Assembly (NCBI RefSeq): GCF_009914755.1
Contig: NC_060933.1
DNA: 64,000 bases
Source of the DNA: the human T2T-CHM13v2.0 reference genome, Homo sapiens
Direction: 5' to 3' (one strand)
The notes below the pieces were generated by a model. The model was given only the letters and a program-made list of their open reading frames with translations, ran no database searches and was not told the origin of the DNA. Positions 1 to 20,493 of this stretch are shown here, one piece after another. Both the position numbers and the translations under genes were made by a program. Each line of letters starts with the position of its first letter. Positions within the stretch are counted from its first letter, which is position 1.

Positions 1-1515
<1,515 letters not shown>

Positions 1516-2633
1516 GGATTAAAACAAGACAAAAATTGTCTGTGAATAGGAAAATATCCAGCATAGTTACAGTGAGAAAAAAAATTGACTAAGAAGTTTG
1601 GTTGTCTCCATGGCTTACAATAACTTAACATAAAAACCTTAATTATGATCAATAGCATATACTCAGACATTAGAATTTTAGAAATCCCATACAATTTTGG
1701 AACATATATTAGCATTATTCAGCAAGATATAACCTAAAGAAGATTGAGCATCATTTTGGCAATCCCATGTACCTAGACATGTTGAATAATCCTTTTTATG
1801 TCTCTTTTCTGGACACTTCAAGGGCCTTCTGATGTATTCAAAAAGCCAGGTGCCAGGGAAGACAATTTTGTAACTGAAGTTTTATTTTGGGAAGGCTGTT
1901 AAATGTTCGAGGTTTAAAACACTTGGTATTATGAAATAGAATTCCAGACTACCATAAGTTATTTATTTTGCCAAAATGATGACTCAGAAATTTTAAAGAA
2001 GCATAAACCTTTTATAACCCTTTATAAATTTTGCCATAGAGCAGATTAGTGCCTTAGGAAAGCCTTGTTATGCTTTTATTTCAATGCTCAATTTACAGAA
2101 AAACCAGATAATGCCCTTTTTGGAATTTAGACAATATGTTCACACAAAGAACCTCTTCTGCAAGATTTCCACAGTTCTTCCACCACTTCTCTGAACCTTC
2201 AACTTTTTCCTAATTTAACTCAAAACAATCCTTTAACCCTAGGCAAAAGTTTATATTTCCATGCCTTCTTATAACCGTTTACTAAAAAACACATTTTACT
2301 GTTCTTACACACCTTAAATGTAAATCTATTTCCAGTAGCTCCAATTAACTCCTAGCAATTTTTAACTTTAAGGTAAAACTTGGTAAGTTGCCTTAATTGT
2401 GTGCTAACTACAGCCAAGGTTAGTCTTCTTAGTTAAGGACATGGTTAGTTCCACATGTCCCCAGGCCTTACCAGTTGTGAAGCTAGCAAGTCAAATAGTT
2501 CTCAAAACCCAAAAGGCAATTTGTAATCTCAAACACTTAGCAAACCTTGCATCTGACCTGCATTTTACCAATAGTCTTTAGTGCTATTTTTATTTCTTAA
2601 AGTCATGTGAACTTTTTCTTAAAGATTAAAGTC

Positions 2634-2913
2634 TGGCTCACGCCTGTAATTCCAGCACTTTGGGAGGCTGAGGTGGGAAGATCACGAGATCCAGACCATC
2701 CCGGCTAACACTGTGAAACCCTGTCTCAACTAAAAATACAAAAAATTAGCCAAGCGTGTTGGTGGGCACCCGTAGTCCCAGCTGCTTGGGAGGCTGAGGC
2801 AGGAGAATGGCATGAAGGTGGAGCTTGCAGTGAGCTGAGATCATGCGACTGCACTCCAGCCTGGATGACAGAGCAAGACTCCATCAAAAAAGAAAGAAAG
2901 AAGGAAAAAAAAA
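2634..2913 (+). mobile_element. Alu (AluY/Sc-like) inserted in the ERV internal region
   Basis: Alu dimer with A-tail; TSD aaagattaaa. Confidence 0.9.
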
Positions 2914-3739
2914 AGATTAAACTCATGTGAACTGAAAGGTACCACAGCTTTTAACTTCCCTTTAAACAATATTAGATCTAAGTGCTTGTCTTTCTTTAGG
3001 CCAAATTAATTAGAGCTCTTTTTACAGACATCACACACAGTACACACACACACAGGCAGAAGAAAACCCAGGCACTGGGTGGGGCCCTTTAAGAGTCAGC
3101 ACTAGGAAAACATGCAGATATCAAACCAGAAAGAAACTTATTCCCTAAGACAGGATTGCTAAACAAAGCCTTGCCACCAAAGTTATAAGAGTCAGAATGT
3201 AAAACAAGATGGAGGCTTGATTTCATAACCAAAACTTCGCAGAAAATATAAACAGTGATAGTTGGATGGACTGGCCTAGCAAAATATATTCTAAAAGAAA
3301 AAAAATAAACTTTAAAAGTTAACTTGTGGATGGGATAGAGAAGGGGAAAGAAAAAAAATAGTTTAAAACTGCCTGGGGAAAAACCTCTTATTCTTATGGA
3401 AGTGGTTTCTCCACCAGGGAGAAAAGTTTAATTATTTTCTGATGTTGCTGAATCTCTTGGCCAGGGAAGGGGAAGGCTCCAATGGTTCATGGCAGAAAAC
3501 GCCAGCCAGCTACCCCCAGTGCCTTGGGCCATATGTTCAAGCCTGGCAGCGAGTTGGCGGGTGGAGGGTAGCTGCTGCTCACCAGTCAGTCCCGAAAAAG
3601 GAGGGAAAAGGCCATGAAAAGACCTGGGAGTGATAAGGGGTGGAGGCATGGTTTCCCCCACCCTCAAAAGTCTGAGGATGAAAAGGCTTAGAAGCAACAG
3701 GACAGGTTTTGAGTTCCCATTTCACTCACCACTTCTTGA

Positions 3740-3757
3740 GCCCCACACTGGGTGCCA
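3740..3757 (-). other. Retroviral primer-binding site, tRNA-Lys(CUU)-like
   Basis: - strand TGGCACCCAGTGTGGGGC vs TGGCGCCCAACGTGGGGC (3 differences, two explained by CpG decay), 3 nt after the LTR end. Confidence 0.75.
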
Positions 3758-3760
3758 AAT

Positions 3761-4085
3761 TATTGCAGGACTTTTCCTTAGTTCAGCTAAGGATGGGGTC
3801 CTTGTCTGTCCCACAGCCACAAAAATTTAGGCTCACAGACTGAGGGGTGAGTAAAGCAGGGTTTTATTGGGTGAAAAGGAAGAAAAGGAGGAAACAGGGA
3901 CTCTTGCTAAAACAGAGTCCCTGTTAGAGTGCTTCCCACCTGCTGTTTGAATCTCAGGTTCCACACAGGAAGAGGAGGGGTCAGCCTCCTTCTCGCTGAA
4001 AATGGCATGAACCTCCAGAGGCTCCACCCCAGCGGACAGGCTGGTTGGAGTTTCTCCAAGTTGTCCCTCCCACCTGGCTGTCTCA
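3761..4085 (-). mobile_element. MER61-type ERV1 5' LTR
   Basis: - strand starts TGAGACAGCCAGGTGGGAGGG...GAGAAACTCCAACCAGCC, contains AATAAA and is followed by a PBS. Confidence 0.75.
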
Positions 4086-4327
4086 TTATGTGTAAGTCTC
4101 ATGATAACCTTAAATCAAGAAACATATAACATACACAAAAAAAATTAACAGCAAGAAATTAAAGCATACAACCAGAGAAAATCACCTTCACTAAAAGGAA
4201 GACAGAAAGGAAGAAAAGAAGAAAGAGAAGACTATAAAACAACTAGAAAGAAATGGCTGGAGTAAGTCCTTACTTATCAGTAACATTGAATGTAAATGGA
4301 CTAAACTCTCCAATAAAAAGACATAGA

Positions 4328-4444
4328 GGCTGGGCTCAGAGGCTCATGCCTATAATTCCAGCACTTTGGGAGGCCAAGGTGGATGGATTGCTTAAGCTCA
4401 GGAATTCAAGACCAGCCTGTGTAACATGACAAAACCCTGTTTTT

Positions 4445-4477
<33 letters not shown>

Positions 4478-4665
4478 AAAACTTAGCTGGGCATGGTGGC
4501 AAGTGCTTGTAGTCCCAGCTACTCGGGAAGCTGAGGTGAGAGGATCTCTTGAGCACAGGAGGTCATGGCTGCAGTGAGCCATGTTCACACCACTGCACTC
4601 CAGCCTGAGTGACAAAGTGAGACCCTGTCTCAAAAAGGAAAAGAGAGAGAGAGAGAAAAAAAAAA
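4328..4665 (+). mobile_element. AluJ-like with expanded A linker
   Basis: Alu dimer structure. Confidence 0.88.
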
Positions 4666-4907
4666 GACCCAACAGTCTGTTGCCTAAAGACACACATAGA
4701 CTGGTTCATCTTTTAGTCTTTCTACTCAAGAAAGATATAAGTAGTTTACACACAATTACAATGTTATAATATTCTGTGACATGCAAATGGAAACCAAAAA
4801 AAAAAAGCAGAAGTAGCTATACTTATATCAGACAAATTAAATTTCAAGACAAAAACTATAAAAAGAGACAAAGAAGGTCATTATATAATAGTAAAGGGGT
4901 CAACTCA

Positions 4908-5300
<393 letters not shown>

Positions 5301-6476
5301 GAGAGAGAGATAGATAGACCCCAATATGATAATAGCTGGAGACCTCAACACCTAACTTACAACATTGGATAGATCATCCTGAAAGAAAATCAACAAAGAA
5401 ACATCAGATTTAATCTGTGCTGTAGACCAAATGGACCTAACAGATGTTTCCAGAGCATTTCATCCAATGGCTGCAAAATATACATTCTTCTGTTCAGCAC
5501 ATGGAATATTGTCAAGGATAGGCCATATGTTATGCCACAAAACAAGTCTTAAAAATTAAAAAAAAAGAAATTAAGAATCCTCTCCAACAACAATAAAATA
5601 AAACTAGAAATCAATAACAAGGAATTTTGGAAACTATACAAACATATGCAAATGAAACAATATGCTCCTGAATGAGCAGTGGGTCAATGAAGAAATTAAG
5701 AAGAAAATTTAAACATTTCTTGAAACAAATAATAATGAAAACAAAATATACCAAACCTATGGGAAACAGCCAAAACAGTACAAATAGAAAACTTTATAAG
5801 AAGTGCCAACATCAAAAAAGAAGAAAAACTTCAAATAAACAATCTAATGGTGCATCTTAAAGAAAAAAAAAAGCAATAGCAAACCAAACCCAAAATTACT
5901 AGAAGAAAGAAAAGAATAAGGATCAGAGCAGAAATGAATGAAACTGAAATGAAGAAAACAATATAAAAATCAATAAATTGAAAAGTTAGTTTTCTGAAAA
6001 AGTGAACAAAATCAACAAAACTTTAGCCAGACTAACTGAAAAAAAAGAGAGAAGACTCAAATAAATAAAATCACAGATGAAAAAGAAGACATGCTTTTCT
6101 CCCACTGATGCCACAGAAATTGAAAGGATCCTTAGTGGCTACTATGAGCAACAATATATCAATACACTGGAAAATCTAGAAGAAATGGATAAATATCTAG
6201 ACATGTACAACCTACCAAAATTGAACCATGAAGAAATCCAAAATCTGAACAGACCCATAACAAGAAATGACATCAAAGCTGTAATGAAAATTCTCCCAGC
6301 AAAGTACAGCCCAGGATCCAATAGCTTCACTGCTGAATTTTACCAAACATTTAAAGATGTTTGGTAAGTACCAATCCTACTCAAACTACTTTTAAAAAAT
6401 AGAGGAGGAGGGACTACTTCCAAACTCATTCTATGAGGCCAGTATTACCCTGATACCATAACTAGACAAAGACACA

Positions 6477-9735
<3,259 letters not shown>

Positions 9736-9788
9736 TCAACAAAATACTAAGAAACCAAATTCAACAACACATTAAAAAGAATATTCAA

Positions 9789-10095
9789 GCCAGATGTGGT
9801 GGCTCCTGCCTGTAATCCCACCTTTGGGAGGCCAAGATGGGAGGATTGCTTTAGTCTAGGTGTTTGAGACCAGCCTAGTTTTGTAGAGACCCTGTCTTTA
9901 CAGAAAATAAAAAATCATCTAGGCATGGTGGTGCATTCCTGTTCTCAGCTACTTGGCAGGCTGACGTGGGAGGACTGCTTATGCTTGGGAGGTCAAGGCT
10001 GAAATGAGCTATGTTTGCACCATGGCACTTCAGCCTGGACAAAAGAGTGAGACCCTGTCTCAAAAAAATATGTAAATAAATAAATAAATATAAAA
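9789..10095 (+). mobile_element. AluJ-like
   Basis: Diverged Alu dimer. Confidence 0.85.
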
Positions 10096-12451
10096 AACAT
10101 TCATCACCACCAAGTGGAATTTAATCCCAGGAATGCAAAGATAGCTTAACATATGTAAATCAATCAATGTGATACAGCATAGCAACAGAATGAAGGAGAA
10201 AACCTATATGATCATTTAAATCAATGCTGAAAAAGCACTTGATAAAATTCAACATCCCTTCATGATAAAAACTTTCAAAAAGCTGGGCCTAGAATGAACC
10301 TACCTCAACATAATAAAAGCCATATATGACAGACTCACAGTGAGTATTATACTGAATGGGGAAAAACTGAAAGCCTTTCCTCTAAGATCTAGAACATGAC
10401 AAGGATGCCCACTTTCACCACTATTATTTGACATACTACTGGAAGTCCTACCTAGAGCAATCAAACAAGAGAAATAAATAAAGGGCATTCAAATTGCAAA
10501 GGAAGAAGTCAAATTATCCTTGTTTGCAGATGATATGATACTATATTTGGAAAAACCTAAAGCCTCTACCAAAAACCTATTAGAAGTGATAAATAAATTC
10601 AGTAAAGTTGCAGGATACAAAATCAACATACAAAAATCAGTAGCATTTCTATATGACAACAGTGAACAATCTAAGAAAGAAATCAAGAAAGTAATATCAT
10701 TTACAATAGCTACGAATAAAATTAAATACCTAGGAATTAACCAAAGAAGTGAAAGTTCTCTACAATAAAAACTATCAAACATTGATTAAAGAAATTGAAG
10801 AGGACACAAAAAAATGGAAAGATATTCCATGTTCATGGGTTGGAAGAATCAATGTTGTTAAAATGTCTATACTACCTAAAGCAATCTACAGATTCAGTAC
10901 ACTCCCCATGAAAATATCAATGACATTCTTCACAGAAATAGAAAAAACAATCTTAAATTTTATATGGAACCACAAAACACCCAGAATAGGGAAGACTATC
11001 CTGAGCAAAAAGAACAAAACTGAAAGGATTACATTGCCTGACTTCAAATTATACTACAAAGCTGTAGTAACCAAAACAGCATGGTACTGGCATAAAAACA
11101 GCCACATAGGCCAATGGAACAGAATAGCGAACCCAGAAACAAATTCATACATCTACAGTAAACTCATTTTTGATGAAGGTGCCAAGAACATACATAGGGG
11201 AAATGATAGTCTCTTTAATAAATGGTGCTAGGAAAACTAGATACCCGTATGCAAAAGCATGAAACTAGACTCCTATCTCACATTGGATACAAAAAGTCAA
11301 ATAAAACTGGATTAAAGACATAAATCTAAGACCTCAAACTATAAAACTACTAAAACAAAATATTGGAGAAACCCTACAGGACATTGGAGTGAGCAAAGAT
11401 TTCTTGAGTAATACCCTACAACCATAGGCAACCAAAGCAAAAATGGACAAATAGGATCACATCAAGTTAAAAAGTTTCTGCACAGCAAGGAAACAATCAG
11501 CAAAGTGAAGAGACAACCCACAGAATGGGAGAAAATATTTGCAAACTATCCATCTGACAAAGGATTAATAACCAGAATATCAAAGGAGCTCAAACAACTC
11601 TGTAGGTAAAAATCTAATAATCCAATTAAAATGGGCAAAAGATCTGAATAGACATTTCTCAAAAGAAGACATATAAATGGGAAACCAGTATATGAAAAGG
11701 TGCTCAACGTCATTGTTCCTCAGAGAAATGTAATTCAAAACTACAATGAGATATCATCTCACCCGTTAAAATAGCTTTTATCCAAAAGACAGGAAATAAC
11801 AAAGGCTGGCAAGGATGTGGAAAATAGGGAACGCCTGTACACTGTTGGTGGGGATGCGAATTAGTAAAACCACTTTGAAGAACAGTTTGGAAATTCCTCA
11901 TAAAACTAAAATAGAGCTACCATATGATCCAGCAATTCCACTTCTAGGTATATACCCAAAAGAAAGAAGATTAGTATATGGAAGAAATGTCTGCATTGTC
12001 ATGTTTCTTGAAGCACTATTCACAATAGCTAAGATTTGGAAGCAATCTAAGTGTCCACCAACATATGAATGGATAAAGGAAATGTAGTACATATACATAA
12101 TGGAGTACTATTCAATTCAGCCACGGAAAAGAACAAGATCCTGCCATTTGCAACAACATGGATGGAGCTGGAGGTCATTATTTTAAGTGAAATAAACCAA
12201 CCACAGAAAGACAAACTTTGCATGTTATCACTTATTCGCGGGAGCTAAAAGCTAAGACAATTGAACACATGGAGATAGAGAATAGAATGATGGTTACCAG
12301 AAGCTGGGAAGGGTAGTGGGGGGGAGAAGAGGGGACAGTTAATGGGTATAACAACATAGTTCAATAGAATGAATAAGATCAAGTATGTGATAGCACAACA
12401 GGATGACTACAGTCAACAATAATTTGTTGATCATTTAAAAATAACTAAAGT

Positions 12452-12871
<420 letters not shown>

Positions 12872-12972
12872 TCAAAATATCTCAGGTACCCCATAAATAT
12901 ATACACCTACTATGTCCCCACAAAAATTAAACACTATTTTTTTATTTCATCTAATTTTAGTGAGTGAATGTG

Positions 12973-13030
12973 CATGTGTGTGTGTGTGTGTGTGTGTATG
13001 TGTGTGTGTACAGAGAGAGAGAGACAGGGA
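12973..13030. repeat. (TG)n followed by (AG)n microsatellite
   Basis: Seen directly in the sequence. Confidence 0.9.
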
Positions 13031-13034
13031 GAAA

Positions 13035-13322
13035 AAGAGGGTCTTGCTCTGTCACCCAGGGAGTGGCTCAACCATTGCTCACTGCGGCCTCGACCTCCCA
13101 AAAATCAAGAGATCCTCCCATCTTAGCCTCTTAGGTAGCTGGGTCTACAGGTGCATGCCACCATGCCAGGCTAATTTTATCTATTTATTTATTTATTTAT
13201 TTATTTATGTAGTAAAGACTGAGTTTCATTATGTTGCTCAGGCTGGTCTTGAACTGCTGGGCTCAAGCTAGCCTCCCACCTCAGCCTCCCAAAGTGTTGA
13301 GATTATAAAGATGAGCCACCGT
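13035..13322 (-). mobile_element. AluJ-like
   Basis: Antisense Alu dimer. Confidence 0.85.
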
Positions 13323-13516
13323 ATATTTATATTTTTAATGTATTTTTAAGTTAAAATAGAATGTTTCATATATATATATTTATAAAATATATTATATTAT
13401 ATTATATTTCTCTATTTAACCAGCTGTTTTGATTAACAGGCCGTTTACCAGCTTCTGTCTCTTTGGTTAAGTGAGCTTCAATTCTTTGCGTCAAAATATT
13501 CATGTTATTTAATTCA

Positions 13517-13858
<342 letters not shown>

Positions 13859-14773
13859 CTAAGAAAATAATCATTTATGTTCAGAAATATAGATGTGTAT
13901 GTGTGTGCTCACGTTGGCATTGATTATAGTAGCAAAACTCTAAAAGCTTCCTAAAATGTCCATCAATTGAGATGTGTTATAATGGAATATTATGCAGAAC
14001 CATCAAAAATATTAAAATAGGTTTACATATAATGAGAAGGAAATGTATTTTGTTAAGTGTTGAGCGAAAGCTATACACACATAGAAAAATGTCTGAGAAA
14101 GGATGGGGAGGGGAGAAAGAGTTGGGCAGGGGGAAAAGGGGAGAAATATTCTTTGTTCTGGAGAATATTAGGGTGAGGCATACATGTATATAAAGATTTA
14201 TTTTCCTCAGAACACATTATAGAGCAAAAGCAATAAAGATATGTTACCTGGATTTTCAAATAAAATTAAGATATTTACAGTGGATAAACTCTGTGGTTAT
14301 AGTTGCTGGTGAAAAAGAACAGATTGTAAATTTTTCTGACTTGAATGTTGAAAATTAAATTAAGAATGCCTTCTATGTCTATAACTTTAAGTGATCATAA
14401 TATCATATTTGAAACTCTGATGACGGGTTTGGACTTTTTAAAAAGAGGAAGAATTATCTGAGAGCAAGCACACCAAAACTTGCCAGCACACAAGAAGCAC
14501 TTCAGATCTGCAGAGTGAACAGCCACAGGTTCTTCTCTTGCCTCTATACTGTGTTTATTTATAAAGCAGGAAAGCCAAGTCAGAACAACAATCATCTTTC
14601 AAAACAATTTATCTCAGCACAGTGTTTGTCTTTGAGTTTTGTGTGCACTACATATTTGTTTTCTCACTGCACAGTTTTAGAATGTATTCATTTGAATTAT
14701 TGGGTCCTTTGTTTTTTCAAGGAAAAGATTTAATCTTAACTACCTAGCTTTAGAAAGCAAAATCTCTCTTGCT

Positions 14774-15041
14774 TTTTTTTTTTGGAGACAAGGTCTCACT
14801 CTGTCACTCAGGCACTCAGGCTGGGGTGCAGTGGCATGACCACTGCTCACTACAGTCTTGACCTCCCAGGCTCAAGCAATCATGACCTCAGACTCTCAAG
14901 TAGGTGGGACTATAGGCATGTGCCACCTTGCCCAGCTAATTTAAAAAAAAATTTTGTAAAGAAGAGGGCAATCTCACTATGGTGCCAGGACTGGTCTTGA
15001 ACTCCTGAGCTCAAGTGATCCTCCCTCTTTGGCCTTCCAAA
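14774..15041 (-). mobile_element. AluJ-like
   Basis: Antisense Alu. Confidence 0.85.
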
Positions 15042-15419
15042 AAGCAAAATTTTTTACCAATTTAGGATTTAATATGAACCATTAAAAAAAGGAGCTTTGA
15101 AAATAATCACATCTAGATTTTTTAATTTGTAAAGTAAAAAGATCAGTTTTCTTTCCCACAGTGTCAGCTTTCTATTCAGTTGTTTTTTTGTTATTTGCCA
15201 ATGATCTTATTTCTATTTTAGATAAGTTGACCGAATTTTCTAAGCTCAATATTCAACATGTGGCTACAATTCATTCAGTTTTTAGCCATCTGAATATCTA
15301 TCTGGCTGAAGTAATTTTTAAATCCCTAAATTTGTTCCAGGGGTTTTTCTAATAGTAATTCATCCTTTATTTAAGGTATTTTGCTCTTTATAATTGGGAG
15401 TAAGTTGTAATCTTAAAAG

Positions 15420-16163
15420 GAAGGTGGTTAATCAGAGAATTTCAAGTTCACAAGTGTAGCATTACCTCATTGGCCTTTCTAGCTGCCTATTTCATGGACA
15501 AAAATTAGATCCCTCTTTGTGGATAGGAAATAAAGGAGAAAAATAGGGAAGTTCAGGAGTCTTCAAGACTGAAGAAAGCCTTTAAGAATGAAGCCAGGCA
15601 GTCCTGAAATGGAGTTAGACATCAATTGTGGACTGAATCGTGCCCTCAAACCCAAATTCATTATGTTGAAGTCCTAACCCTCAATGTGACTATATTTGGA
15701 GAGAGGGTCTTTAATGAGGTAACAAGGTTAAGTGAGAACATAGGGGTGTGGCCCTAATCCAATTTGACTGGTGTTGTTAGAAGAAGAGGGAGAGACACTG
15801 AGGATGCACATACAGAGAAAAGGCCATGTGAGGACACAGAAAGCAAGCAGCCATCTATCTGCAAGCCAAGGAGAGAGGCCTCAGGAGACAACCAACCTGC
15901 TGATGCCTTGATCTTGGACTTTCAGCCTCCAGAACTATAAGAAAATAAATTTCTGCTGTTAAGCTACTCCATTTCAGGACTGCCTGGCTTCATTCTTAAA
16001 GGATTTCTTCAGTCTTGAAGACTCTCCTGAATTTCCCTATTTTTCTCCTTTATTTCCTATCCACAAAGAGGGATTTAATTTTTGTCCATGAAGTAGGCAG
16101 CTAGAAAGGCCAATGAGATAATGCTACACTCGTGAACTTGAAATTCTCTCATTAACCACCTTC
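15420..16163. repeat. Inverted repeat: arms 15420-15615 and 15966-16163, 350-bp spacer
   Basis: Manual alignment: 7 substitutions and one 2-bp indel over ~196 bp. Confidence 0.95.
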
Positions 16164-16206
16164 AGTTTGTGGTATTTTGTTGTGGCAACCCTAGCAAGCC
16201 AATACA
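15625..16206 (+). mobile_element. MLT1B-like MaLR LTR, interrupted near its 3' end by the inverted duplication
   Basis: tggactgaat...gccctaatcc...gaaaataaatttctg...aagctact [insert] cagtttgtggtattttgtt...gccaataca. Confidence 0.8.
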
Positions 16207-16238
16207 CTGTCTGAAGCATTTAAATCACCAATATTTTA

Positions 16239-16700
<462 letters not shown>

Positions 16701-17044
16701 ACGAACGAACTTCTTAGAAGTGATACAACAGAAAGTAATTAACTGAAGACTATAATAAACTGGTTCTATACACAATAGAAAGTAGAATGACCATGGGTCT
16801 GGATGTTTTAATGACGACACCATGGTTGAGTTGACTGCTCCAGAACTGAGCCCTCTTCAGAGCCATCATCCTAGTCATTATGGACTGGAACTGATCCAGA
16901 AAAGATACAAGAAAATCAGAGGAATTCTATTTCCTCTATGTACTGCTATTATGTCTAGTATTGGCCTAACTAGACTTTCTTCTTCGATGGAGACAGTCAG
17001 GAGTCTCTTTTCTATGTCTACTAACTTTCTAAAACTATGGAACC

Positions 17045-17352
<308 letters not shown>

Positions 17353-18269
17353 AATGGGACATACAAAAATTGTTTATCAATATTTTCATAGTTGTGGTGA
17401 AAGTCATTTTTCTGAAGTTCTTGAATACAAAATCTGACAATGGCACATTCACTGCCTCAATTACATTCACTCTCTTTGTCTTTTGACCTTTTGATAATTA
17501 AAATTCATTTAGCATATTTGCTGATTTTTGTATAAAGTTATTTATATGTGCCAATTTCAACCACATTCATTTCCTAACCTATGATTTTTCTTCCACTGCT
17601 CTATGAATTTCAGAATAATTGAAATCCTCAAGGAATATATGTTAGGTATAATCCCCTCTTTTAAAAAAAGTTGTATCTTGTTTCAGTTTATACCCGCCAA
17701 TCTCAGTCTCAGAAAGCTAAATGAAAACATATTCTGGCTCTTTGTTTTGGCTTTTAAAAATTGTACACATCAGATATTTTCAATACACACACACACACTC
17801 CAGTAGGTCTCATTATTTTCTATCTTCTCTTTCACATGCCCCTTTAGACTCTTCATTGAAGAACCTAAACCACATTGTAAGTCAAGCTCACTGTCCTCTA
17901 CTTTCCCTACCCTTGTCTCACGTCAAGGGGTTCATCTCCATCCAGTCCTGCATTTGTCAATGCTGCAGCAGTCTGTGTTCACATAGCTCCTAATCACCTC
18001 TTTGCAATGGAGTTTAGCTTATTTCACTCCTAGGGGGCCTTGTAAATTTTAGAATCACCAGCTTCCCTCTCTGAATCATGTGGTTCCAGTTATATTGGTT
18101 TTGGGAGAGAGGTGAAGCAGGTCAGGCTGCTCTGCTGTTTACAGCCTGTCTCTTTAATTCTCTGCCCACTGCACTCGTAACAGGACTAACATGAGGCTGA
18201 AGAATGGCTAACAGTTTTCTGAAGAATTGGGAAAAAGCTAGAGTGAATTACAGTGTAAGAAAAGCATAG

Positions 18270-18405
18270 AACTAGGTGTGGTGGCATGTGCCTATAATTC
18301 CAGCTACTGGGGAGGCTGAGGCTAAATTCCTGGCTTGAGCCCAGGAGTTCAAGAGTAGCCTAGGCAACGTAGCAAGACCCTGTCTTGGAAAAAGAAAAAA
18401 AAAAA
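18270..18405 (+). mobile_element. Alu monomer (FLAM-like)
   Basis: Single Alu arm with A-tail. Confidence 0.7.
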
Positions 18406-18861
18406 GCCCAGCTGAGAAAAAAAAATTACAGAAAAGCACAGAACTGGTGCTATGGGTCCAAAGGAAAAGAAATTAGCCTTTCATATGGGTCTCCTAGGGT
18501 GAGCACCACAGTTCCTAGACATGCTCCCACATTGTTTCAAAGTTCACTCTGCACAGAGAGCTTCTTCTTTACCCTTTTCAGTGAGATTCTACACTTTGCC
18601 ACTTTAGGAATATCCTATTCCCTAACACAGAAGTGATGTACTTCTCCTAGACCCTGTGCCCTGTGCCCCACCACACCCTAGGGCAATTCACCTGAAGCTA
18701 AATATTTCCCTAAATTTTCATTGTGTCTGGAAAGATAGTACACAGAAGCTTCAGCAGAATTGTTCGATTTTGGGAGACTCAAAGTATGCACACTTTCACA
18801 AAATATTTGCTAGTTTAGAGTGAAGTTATGCCTCCTTATTCCTGTGTAAATCTAGTAGAAA

Positions 18862-19002
18862 ACACATGTGCATGCATGCACATGCATCACACATGCACGC
18901 ATAGCACACGTTCCCACATTCAGACATACCCATATATGTGTGCATATACACAGCATACATACATGTACACATACATACATGCCTGCATGTGCATGCATGC
19001 AC
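18862..19002. repeat. Degenerate (CATG/CACA/TACA)n alternating purine-pyrimidine tract
   Basis: Seen directly in the sequence. Confidence 0.85.
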
Positions 19003-19119
19003 AGTACCATACCTTTCAAAAATCAGAAGAACTAAACAATCTCTCATCAATACCCTTAGCTGCAGAACCTATAGAAGATTATAAATGTAGCTTTTCTTTA
19101 CCTTTGGCCACATTAACGT

Positions 19120-19428
<309 letters not shown>

Positions 19429-19619
19429 CCACATCAAATTCTTATGCTGGGTTTTCACCCTAATTAAACTGTGAAAGAGGAGGAAGAAATCTTTTCCTTT
19501 TTAATATCTCTATACAGGTCAATCTTGAGGCCAGGGATAGAATTTATGCTTTAATTTATACCACCAATAGATAAAAATAAAAAGTCCCATTTTTCTAACA
19601 AGAACATCTATATAATTAT

Positions 19620-20440
19620 GTGAATATAGGCATGCGTAAACATTTAATATACATACATTAAAGTGAACAAATCACAGGTGTATAGTTCAATAAATATTTA
19701 TATATATAAACCACCCTGTGGTCACTACCCAGGTCATAATATAGAATATTATGATCACCTAGAAGGTTCCTTTGCACCTTTCCCAGTTAATACGACCAAT
19801 TTCTCCACTCCCCAAAGTTTTTACTTCTAACACTATGAATTAAGTTTGCATATTTCTGAACTTTACATGAAGTTAGTCATACAGAATATGCTTTTTTTAC
19901 TCAGTGTAATGATTTAGAGATCAATTCATGTTGTGGTGTGTATCAGTAGTTCATTCTTTTTTGTTGCTATGTAGTATTCCATTATGTAAATATACTATAA
20001 TTTGCTCATCCATTCTCGTATTTGTAGACATTTAGGTGGTTTTCAATTTGGGCCAATTACAACTAAATCTATTACAAACATTCTTGTACCTTATTGGACA
20101 TATGCACTAATTTCTATTGCATACATAGCTACGAGTAGAATTGTTCCTAGACTAGGTACATAGAAACTACCCAGCAGGTTTCCAACTTGGTTTAATCAAC
20201 TCACACTCCACCAGCAATATATGAAAGTCCCAGATGCTCTATATTCTTGCTAATACTCAATATTATCAGCCTTCTAATCATTAGCACATGCTAGCGGGAC
20301 ATACATTTCCTTGATAGTGATATTTAGGATCTTTTCATAGGTGTGGAGGCCATTTAGATGTCCTCTTTTGTGAAGGGCCTGTGCCTATTTTTTTCTCTGC
20401 CCCTCTCCCACTGAGCCTATTTTTAATTAGGTTGTTGTTC
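19620..20440 (-). mobile_element. Ancient L1M (L1ME/MB-like) 3' fragment
   Basis: ttcattctttt...gtagtattccatt...tccattc...ccaccagcaat resembles an antisense L1M 3' end. Confidence 0.65.
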
Positions 20441-20493
20441 ACCCATATTATTAAAATTGTACATATTTGTGACACATTTTAAGAAACTAAATA

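Larger units (their letters stand above)
1516..3760 (-). mobile_element. ERV1 (MER61-int / MER4-group) internal sequence, 5' part, non-coding
   Basis: Directly follows the LTR and PBS on the - strand; AT-rich MER4-group-like internal sequence; interrupted by an Alu and bounded by the L1PA. Confidence 0.7.

Noticed and set aside
3761-4085. p53 response element in the MER61 LTR (the family is known to carry them)
   Set aside because: I could not find a paired RRRCWWGYYY site in this copy
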